Made by a program: the position numbers and the translations under genes. From positions 868,001 to 932,000 of the forward strand of contig CM074813.1 of assembly GCA_037447605.1 (NCBI GenBank): a stretch of DNA of 64,000 nucleotides, read 5' to 3'. The notes below the pieces were generated by a model that saw only the letters and a list, made by a program, of their open reading frames with translations, ran no database searches and had not been told where the DNA came from. The stretch comes from Zygnema circumcarinatum SAG 698-1b (taxonomy: Eukaryota; Plantae; Zygnematophyceae). Positions 55,016-64,000 of the stretch are shown here, piece after piece; the first letter of the stretch is position 1, and each line of letters opens with the position of its first letter.

Positions 55016-55092
55016 GGGCCCACGTGGCGCTCATGCAGTCAACCCAACGCCACGTGGACCAATCACCAAGCGACAACATGACGTCACGTGCC
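55016..55092. promoter_or_regulatory. Likely proximal promoter motifs of the second RLK (GGGCCCACGTGGC, CCACGTGG, CCAAT, TGACGTCA)
   Basis: A motif cluster lies about 200-280 bp upstream of ATG 54811, just beyond a TATATA at 54958-54964. Function is inferred. Confidence 0.4.
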
Positions 55093-56381
55093 GTCTCTCA
55101 ACCCATGCAGTGCGCGCCGACCGCAAACGGACAACGGACGGCGGCGATCGCCGGGCGGCGGCGCTTCGCATTTTGGGGCCGCTGCGCGCGGCAGAAGGCG
55201 GACGGCCGGGCGTGACGTGACGCTACGTTTCGTCACGTGACGTTACGATATCAGATATATTCGGGATATATCGAAAGATATATAGATATATCGTGTCGAC
55301 AGACGCCGGCCGCCGGGTTGCTGTGGTCCGTTTGACCGTTTTACGGCGCAGAATCAGAGGGAGGCGCAGTTTTACGAGGCGGAGAGCTATTTGGCAGCAT
55401 GGATCGGAATTCGGCAGTCATGCAACCTCGCGGAGACCAGATCTGGCGGTGCATTTGGGGGAGGTGTTACCTGCCTGCATACGACAAAGTTGCTGATGTA
55501 CAATGATGGGAGCCTGCAGTTGACCGTTGACCACCTGCCGTTGGGCGCTATTCGTAGGCTCGTAGCCTCGTAGGATACTTTATCAATGTGCTACTTTATG
55601 CAGATTTTATTAACTTTAGAAAAAAAAACTTAACTCGAAGCGAGGGATTTCCCAGTCAGCTTGAAGCACACGGGGAGACACGACCGCAACGCGCCAAAAG
55701 CGATGCCCTGGGGATGTATGGCGGCGGATGCCGCATTCCCGCGCACCCCATTGGCCCGGCGGGTATGAGTAGGCGGCATCATGTGGATGGGTAGCGGATG
55801 TCGCCGGGCCGATGGGAAGCCATTCTGCCTACAAGGGAGTTTCAAGGCCATCCCGTGAGGTGATTGGCCAGCCATCGGAGGGAGAGGGCTCAAAAGTCAA
55901 AACCCTAATTACCTCGATAAATACATTCGGTTAACAGGTACACGGTCCCTGAACCTTGTCGCCGTCGAGCATCAACTGTACGTATACGATTTTTTTTGTT
56001 TTTATTTTAAGTGCTTATTCGTTTGCATTCAGATACACGTCAAGTGACACTTTCCTTCAACAGTCGCATTAATTTTGACGTCCCTTTTAGAAAAACAAAA
56101 TTATATTTAATGTCAACGATGCCCAACAAACCAGCCGCACAACCACCCAGCCCAAAAATAGTCAACTTTTGGACAGATCTCTCGTGGCACGTTCACACTC
56201 ACAAAAACGCGACAGCATTCCAAACCTCAAAAACGTTCGCATTGCAAAGATCCAACTACTAAAGAGCATCCGATCTAAGACCCTTCCTACAACGCACTGC
56301 TCCTGCAGCCCCTGCGGCCTTTGATAAAGTCAAAGGTATAAGGTACATTGTACGCAAGTACACCTGTACGGAATATACGGC

Positions 56382-59300
56382 CTAGCAGTCCTCCACGGCC
56401 AGCACGAGGTCCTTGACCTCCGCTTTGAGTGCCAAAAACTTCTGCTGAAGGGGCGCCACCTTCTGGTCTATCTCCTTGGCGGGCTGCTTGCGCTCGTAGG
56501 CCTCCACCATGGCCTGATGCTTCAGAAAGGCCTGCGCCTGCCTCTCCTTCTCCTTCGCTACCAGGGCTTGCACCTGCATTAGGGTTTAGGGTGTAAGATA
56601 TTGATAAAGACTTACTTGTTATTCTTCAGGTTTCGGGGATTTAGGGTTTCTCATGTGCTACATACAAAGGCAGAGAGAGGGAAGGGAGACGAGAGCACCT
56701 TGGGGAGGACGGAGGGAGGTCGGGGCATGGCCTCCATGGCCTCCACGATGGACTTGAGGTCGCGGCTCGACTCCTTCAGACTCGCTTCGGCTGACTTCTT
56801 CGCCGCCTTGGCGGGCGTGACATCACCGCTGCGACTGAGCGCATGGAGAGAGCCGTCCAGTTTATCGATAACGGCGTTCCGTTGTGCCATCAACTTTTGC
56901 AGCCTTTGGAGAGAGTCCAGGACCTGTTTTTTCACGCAAAAAAACAGCCGAATAGTGGACAGGGGGCGGGATGTATATCAGCAATCACTGTCCGAAAAGT
57001 GTTGAGTTACCACCGTTCTCTGTCTCAGAACTGAACTGAGAGACAACGGAATGGGTTTTTGAAGAAGCCCTGCCTACCTCTTCCTTCTGAATCCTCGCCA
57101 AGTAGGAGGCTGTGTGACGAGAAATCGTAAAATCGAGGCGGACGTATGTCACACACGCGAGAAAAAATAACAAAAATGTACCGACCAGAAGAAGTGGCTC
57201 TATGAGCTGCAGANNNNNNNNNNNNNNNNNNNNNNNNNNNNNNNNNNNNNNNNNNNNNNNNNNNNNNNNNNNNNNNNNNNNNNNNNNNNNNNNNNNNNNN
57301 NNNNNNNNNNNNNTTTTAATTTTGCTTTTTTCTATTTTGCTTCAGCCTGTGCTTTGTGCTTTGCTTTTTGCTTTGAGGCCTCCAGGACTCAACAAAACCT
57401 GCAAAGGGCAAAGAGCAAAACGACCTGCCAAACTTTCTGAAGCTTCAAATGGCACCTGAAACCGCTCTAAACAGCAATCTCACCTAAATTCCTAGAGGAG
57501 ATCAAGCCCTTGAACAAAGGTATTCACTTGACTGTGCTGAAAATGAAGGCAAGGGCGATTATAAGCAAGGCAACCAAGCCATCAGCAACATGCTGCTATT
57601 CTTAGCAACTTGCATTTTTGGCCAGCCGGCTGCCTATTTGCTGCATCAATTTGGGTGAGCTGACTGACCAAGCGTTCGTGGAAACCGATATGCCTGGCTA
57701 ATTTGTCACCAGCAGATTACTTTCCAAATTGCAAAAAACGGCCAACAGAAACGACAGCTTGCAAGAGCGGATCATCAGCAACAACCAACAGAAGAGCAGC
57801 GAGTTGGGAGAGGGAGAGAGAGAGGGTGGAGAAGGAGAAGGAGAAAACGATTCAACAGAGAGAGCTACACCTTCGTGTAATCGCTCCGAAGGTGAGAAGT
57901 TGAGATATTTCCAATCTCATCCCTATAGTACACGGAGTGGGCTCGAGGAGGGAGGTGGGCGAGAAGGCCTCGGAGGGACGCCACGCCGCTCGCCATGGGA
58001 CGGGACTGGTACTCAAAACTGTACAACGGATTTCACATAGAAACCAGCTTAGGAAGTGTAACGGAAACCAGTTCGGCCAGTTTAAAGGCCTTTGAAAAAA
58101 AAGGGCAACCAGGAATCAGAGAGTGACTGCGCTGGTCTGTGACGTGACGTGACGTGACCTTACGTGACGAGCAATCGCACTGAAGAGAGACATTTTTTTG
58201 CAGCATACAACTGAATCCCTCCAATTGCTACCAGGAACGAAGTAGGCATTTTCTTTTATCTTTCCTCTTTTTTTTTTTTTGGGGTGGAGTTTTCACCAGA
58301 TTTTTAAAATCTCGGCTTGTTCATAGGGTTTGTATGTACAGCAGAGACCAACCACAAGCGGTGTGCATAAGAATAAACTCGAATGGCACTGAAGTAAATT
58401 AAATCGACTATTATTTGAGACAGAAACAAGAACATCAATTACGGGTTTTTAAAAGCAACTGAGGGGCTAAGGAAGAAGCGTGCCATTTATCACTGGTATC
58501 AGGATACACCATGCTTTTCAAGGTTTAAGGAGGTTAGGGCTTAAGAGGTTTAGAACATTTGGGAATTTAGGGTTCAGAAGACACCCACCGCGAGAAGCTT
58601 CCCTTGTGCTTTGCCCCTGCATTCTTCATAATGTAATCCTCCGTCACGTAGATGTTACCCCAGTGAGATATTTCAATTTCTCTCACCAGTTTCTCCACCT
58701 CCACTAGAGGCCTGTTGTTCTCATAATGCACGACAAGAGGCGAAAATGCATACGCGTCTACATGCTCGTATGGTCCAAATTTCAGTTCCGTATCTGCTTG
58801 CTTAGACGGGTCCTTCTTTGTGTATGATTCCACATTCACATTAGGGAGCCGAACAGTAGTGGTTTGGGACCTTATAGGGTATGCAGAAACCCCATAGTGA
58901 CTGTCCTCATAGAGAAGGAGCTGTGGATCGGACTGCGAAATTTCTGCAGGAAATGGCTTCACAACATTTGTCACGACGCAATAGACTTCGAGTATCACGA
59001 CTTCTCCCTTTCCGAGTGGTTTGCTCAGCGCAATAGAAAATCGCGATACGTTCGAGAATTTTCCGTCCGACGGCAAAGGCTCCGTCTTTAGGGGCACAAC
59101 AATTTGCCTTTTGGCCTTTCCTTCAACGGAAGCCGCTTTGATTAAGGCCAAATTCTGTGCATGTGACTTCGGAAGAACGAAAATAAATTCTTCGACAGGA
59201 ATGGGTCCCTTGGTTTCAATCTGAACACGGAAAGGGAAGCCGGAAGGGAATAACGGAAGTGTGAGCATTGCACATGGACGTTTCAAAAACCCTAAACTTT

Positions 59301-60747
59301 CTGAACATGAAGGAAACAAACAATCAAATGCCAAGGCAATGTGCCATTCTGCAATTCGTAAAGGATTGAATGTCTTGAGGACCACATCACCGAAAGACCT
59401 AATCACAGAATTCTCAAAAAACAACACAGCACAAGAGTCCAACAGAAGTCCCTCACTTTGTATGAAGATATCACTCGAACAGATTGGCTCAAAAGATCGA
59501 TCTGCGATACATTGTCACAAACGCCATGTCAGATGACGAATTTCAAGAAGCAAGACTGGTAAAAAGACTGGAGCAGATGGCAGAATTTGAATAAGAATGA
59601 CCTAAATTGACGATAAAAAATTAAGGGCACGAGGAGAGACGGAGCGGGAGGGAAGGAGAGGGAGGGGGGAATGAAATAGGCTGAGAGGAAAGGAAAGGAG
59701 AAGACTCAGAAAGTAGAGAGAGGAAAAGGTAGAGGGAGCGGGCATAGCGCAGAAGGGAGAGAGGGGGAAAAGGCGGCAGAGGGAGAGGGCATCACTCTCA
59801 TACTGCTTCTCATATGCAAAAAATCCTCCAAAATTAAGTAGAAAAAATGCACTGAAGCAAGAAAATTTCTCACAAATTTCTACACAATTCAGCATACCAT
59901 TCAAAAGCATCGCCGGTTAAACTTCCGTTTTCGCCAAGGCACTTGCAAGATGTTAAAATATTTTCATAGAACTAATTTCTAGTCTATCCCTTGAGCTTAA
60001 TGCCAAGTTTTTCAGCCAATGAGAGAGTCCTTCATTGCTGATAATCTACTGCTAAGTATAATTTCCTTTTCCCCTCCCATATTTAAAGAGTTCCAAGACA
60101 TACCTACATTGAGCCCGGCCTCTGGGGGAAGGGAGAGGGAGAATGACGAGAAGAAGGAGAGGGCGAGGGAGAGGGCGAGGGAGAGAGAGGGCGGGAGGAA
60201 GAGGGAGAGGGAGAGGGAGAGGCCGAGGGAGAGGCTGAGGGAAAGGAGAGGGAGAGACAACGAACAACGCAGTAGAATTACTCTTGACAACATTTCGCTT
60301 CACTTGCCAAAACACAACCCTAAGCCCACCCTTCCAGATCTTCCCTCTCTCTCAGTCCCTCTCACCCTCCCTCTCTCTCTGTGTCTAAATCCTCTCCTTC
60401 TCCCGCTTCCTCCAACATTTCATCAATCCTCTTCTTCTGCCACATTTGCTTTCCGTAACCACTCCTCTCCTCTCCCTCCCTTCCCTGCACTTCCCCCTCC
60501 TCCCTGCTTCTCCCTCCCTCTACAACTCTCTGCATCCCTCTCCCTCCCTCTCCCTCCGTTACCTCCGTCTCCCTCCCTCATCCCTCTCCCTCCCTCCCTC
60601 CCTCCATCCCTCACCTCCCTTTCCCTCCCTCACCTTCCTCTCCAGCCGCGACACGAGCAGCCCCTCCTCCGCAGCCTCGCAGAGGCCGACCAGCAGCACC
60701 GCCGCAACGCTCACGAGCGCGAGAGAGCTCCGCCACGTGGCAGCCAT
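56382..60747 (-). CDS. RPN1: Ribophorin I (oligosaccharyltransferase subunit 1, long C-terminal type); middle exons missing at an assembly gap
   Basis: Signal peptide exon 60747-60628. Exon 59501-59457 gives IDLLSQSVRV; 59220-58589 gives ..KPFPAEISQSDPQL..FGPYE..HYENN..LVREIEISHWGNI..EDY..GSFSR; 58018-57871 gives LPPRAHSVYYRDEIGNISTS. TM exon LIEPLLLVGTFLLFFLACVTYVRLDFTIS, then coiled-coil tail ..SLHALSRSGD..; stop at 56382. Confidence 0.95.
57214..57313. other. Assembly gap (100 N) inside RPN1
   Basis: N run abutting the TM-encoding exon. Confidence 1.
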
Positions 60748-61656
60748 GGCGGCCAGCTGGCTCCTCCTCCTCTACCCCGCCCGCAGTGAGAGAGCAGATC
60801 TGACGCGAGGGATGGAGGGAGGGGTCAGGGCTCGCCCTCGGAGGAGAGGGGCCTACACGCTTGTAAATAGTTTTGAACAAATTTAATTTGATTAGGGGCC
60901 GGGAAACTGTTCCATGAAACAGTTCGGTGGTCGAGGAAATTTGTGTTCATCGTTTATCGCTAAACTGAGGGCGAATTTCGCACATAGATCAAGCTGCAGA
61001 CTAGGGACAGTTTTTCAGCTTTTAGTGTGCGAAAGATGTGTGAAGAAGACGAGGCAGGAATCGGCGGCCTCAAAACATTTCCATTCAGCCTCTCTTTTAT
61101 AAATTGGCTTTTTAGAACAAAGTGTCTCATGTGTCTTAATTTTTTAGATTTCTTGCAAGATATTTTCCGTTTGAAGTTCCCAGTATGCCCAGGTTCTTCA
61201 AAGCTATTTAATTTTAAAACTGAAGGGCAGCATTGGACAGGGTCTCGAGTTTCCAATTTCTTTGGGGATTTCAAGAGTTTTAGGGTTCCAAGAAGGGCAT
61301 TGAAAAGTTATGTCATACAACAAGGCGGCCTGCAATGACACAGTTATCAAGAGTCCACTGCTTCGTTTCAAACTCTTTTCAGTGCATACTAAGGAGCACT
61401 AGCACAGCGATTTCAACTTTTCTCAAACAAAAGTCACATACTCATGTCCGCACTTGACCACGTTTGACCAATATTGGCAATTCCTAAACACCGTTCAGAA
61501 AGCATTGTACCGACCGGTTAGTCAGCAGTTCAGCTGACCAGGAAGGAGCTTAACTCTGCCTGGCTCAAACCGAAATGAGGTACCAAAAACCATTCTGGAA
61601 CAGTCCGTGGCAGAGTGTGGGCATTCAGACATATCTTCTCATTCCAACCGACGGAA

Positions 61657-62736
61657 CTAGTGATGGGCTTCTTGTACGGCATGCCCCCCCGCCTTTTCAG
61701 CCTGCTTAGCTCGGCTCTGCAAAACGAAAGAAAAAACAAATAAAAATGTCATTAAACAGGAAGCAAAAGAGACAAGGCAGAAAACAGAGGATGCAAGCCA
61801 CCTGAACAGCAGGAAGAAGTTCTTTGTTGACTAAAAAACATATGAAAATGGGAACAAACATGGCGTAAGGAGATGCAGACATCCCCCGCTTATAACGTTC
61901 ACCAAGTGCTAAACCCTAACTCGTTTGTAAAGAACGCTAAAATCCTGAACGATTGCAGAAACACTTACAGCTATGAAAAATTTGGTCTAAAAAGAAACTT
62001 AACTCCGAAGCTAGCAAACCAGTTTAGGTAAAGCATGAGTGCCCACAAAACACTTCCAAAAATCAAAAAGAGCCTACAAATTTCAAAAAAAAAAAAAAAG
62101 AAACAGAATAACGTTTGAATTCTCACCTTCAAGTAGCCGAGCTTGAAGCTGCCATACACAACGCCGACCGTAACTGCAGAAACTCGCAGTGCCTGCGATC
62201 AAAACGCGCACTGTTTTGTTAAAATCTATATTTCAGGTTAAGGAGTCGAAGCCGTATGCAATCCAAACATGACCTAAACAATGCAACAAAAAATGGAATG
62301 TTGAAATGAATATTCCTCAGGTGAGGGACGAGACAGGGCGATGAAGAGGGAGAGCGGAGGGAGAAAGCAGGTAGGAAAGGGAGAGGGGAGAGGGAGAGGG
62401 AGAAGGAAAGAGGGAGAGGGAGAGGCACAGGAGAAGGAGAGGGAGACGAAGAGGGAGTGGAACAATGAGGCAGGGGACGAGGCAGCGGGAGAGGCGGAGA
62501 TACAGGAAAGGAAAAAAGTGAAGAAGGAGAGGGAAGGGAAAGAAAAAGAGAGAAAAATCGATTTGTAAGTAGAATGCAAATGATGAACAGCTGCAAAAAA
62601 GCATCCGCTTGCGCATTCATAAACTTCACCAAAGCTGCTTTGCTCGTTATGAATCGCCAGCATTCAAGAAGGGCATTGATGGCTCCACATTGCCAGAACT
62701 TACCAGAGCCAGCGAGCTCTTCCCAGTGTATGGCAT
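61657..62736 (-). CDS. ATP5ME: Mitochondrial ATP synthase subunit e (52 aa)
   Basis: Exons 62736-62704, 62192-62127 and 61716-61657 give MPYTGKSSLAL|ALRVSAVTVGVVYGSFKLGYLK|SRAKQAEKAGGHAVQEAHH*. This matches the plant subunit-e pattern (PYSGTSTLAL..GxVYG..KL..LK..AHH). It is absent from the ORF track. Confidence 0.88.
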
Positions 62737-63204
62737 TTTCTAGCTCTGACAAGAATCCGAAACCCTAAAAGTGGTAAGAAAAATAGAGGAAAAAAGGCAC
62801 AAAAAAAGCGTGCTCCTTCCAATACTGATCGCTTCTGATCAATAGAGCTCTGTCTGCTCAAAATATTAAGAAAATGTCTTTACACAGATCCCGAAATCTT
62901 CAGATCTGCAGCGGAACTGCAGCTTTCGCTTCCAGATTCCTGAAGAACGCGCGCTCGGCACAGCCTGCAATGAGGAATGGAACCAGTACAGTGCAACTAC
63001 ATAAGGAGTACGGATTCAACACTGCCGGATACTGTACTGATATCGATGTGACCGTACGATATGTACTGTACTGTATCGCATTGTAGCCATTCGAAATATC
63101 GGAACATTGCGACATGAGAGGCTTTATGCCAACTGTTAAACTACAATTGTTATCATTCATTCTAGTTTCAACATAGAACGGGGTAGGCACACCGTTGAAT
63201 GCGC

Positions 63205-63362
63205 GGGCAGTGAGCCGTTGGATACATTCGCGGTAAGTTGTTGGATGCTTTCACTCTGAAAAGTTAGGCGATGGGATGTCGTTGGATTTCAACGAGATGA
63301 GCCGTTGGATGTAGGGGAGGATTGGCGTTGGATGCCGTCGCGGTGAGCCGTTGGATTCCAAC
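63205..63362. promoter_or_regulatory. Cluster of six (C/T)GTTGGAT motifs, three as TGAGCCGTTGGAT (MSA/MYB-like CAACGG core)
   Basis: Copies at 63211, 63239, 63280, 63298, 63326 and 63344, all in the same orientation, upstream of the ATP synthase e gene. Confidence 0.5.
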
Positions 63363-64000
63363 AAGAGAGCGGAGCCACACAGAGCCTAGAGAGCCGCAGG
63401 CTGTCGCGCAAAATGAACCACAGGCTTAGGTGCAGGTCGCAGGGCAGTTCGGTATTTCGGTTGTGGATGATAAAAGGAGAGCGAGGAGATGACATGGATT
63501 GGGCAGCCGGAGAGGCCGAGGGACGACCGAAGAGAGAAGGGAGGATGGGGAGGTGCGGGGAGACATCGAGAACAGAAACGGAGGAAAGGAGAAGGGGGAG
63601 GGGGAGGGGAAGGGTTAGACGGGGAAAGCCAAGATAGTTGTTGCAATTGAGAGGACGAAAAAGGAGGGGAATGGAGATAGGAAGAGTGAGTAAGGCACAC
63701 AGCATGCGACAAAGAACAGGAAATCACGACAGCACTTAGGAGCAGCGAACTCCAAAGTCTTTCAAACGGAGCAATATCACGGCGGTCTTCCCTCTACACG
63801 TCTACAAATTATAATTAGCGTTCTGCATTTTACCATTTGCAAATACACTTTGTATGGGGAAATGCCAGTGACAGATGAAAAACGAAGGGAAAAAAAGCAA
63901 TCAACCAAACAATACCGTCTCTCTTCTGGGCTACATCCCCACTTACTAAAGGAAAAAAGACTAAAGGGAAGGAAACAGAATTCTGCACAGACATCATGGT

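Noticed and set aside
55300-55580. LINE zf-RVT-like remnant (..IWRCIW..)
   Set aside because: Only a short tryptophan pattern is present, with no RT, endonuclease or poly-A support.
63400-64000. Additional gene at the right edge
   Set aside because: No consistent exon chain or recognisable protein could be assembled from the available sequence.

Overview
This is eukaryotic, intron-rich, gene-dense nuclear DNA from a streptophyte green plant. The MVA-pathway gene, CONSTANS-like gene, plant-type receptor kinases, TTTAGGG-like repeats and GA/CT-filled introns suggest a zygnematophycean alga; that assignment is inference. The ORF track is mostly low-complexity noise, so gene models were built by hand from GT/GC-AG exons. 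Eleven genes are supported, in order: 3' half of a phage-type organellar RNA polymerase RpoT (+), single-B-box CONSTANS-like gene (-), mRNA capping enzyme (-), VPS26C/DSCR3 (+), NAD(P)HX dehydratase (+), glycerophosphodiester phosphodiesterase (-), diphosphomevalonate decarboxylase (-), two convergent malectin-like receptor kinases (+/-), ribophorin I (-) and mitochondrial ATP synthase subunit e (-). Intergenic DNA holds a Mutator-like (MULE) family whose copies keep different pieces of a dead transposase, a long-TIR foldback element in a TA microsatellite, and several motif clusters. Telomere-like repeats fill many introns. They also enter a coding exon, supply a stop codon, and apparently replace an exon end and splice donor. 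Assembly caveats: eight N-gaps (two hide essential exons) and one 1976-bp duplication that looks artefactual. I found no tRNA, rRNA or CRISPR, and nothing I can firmly call a new biological system. The best leads are the receptor-kinase pair, the behaviour of the telomere-like repeats and the MULE family.
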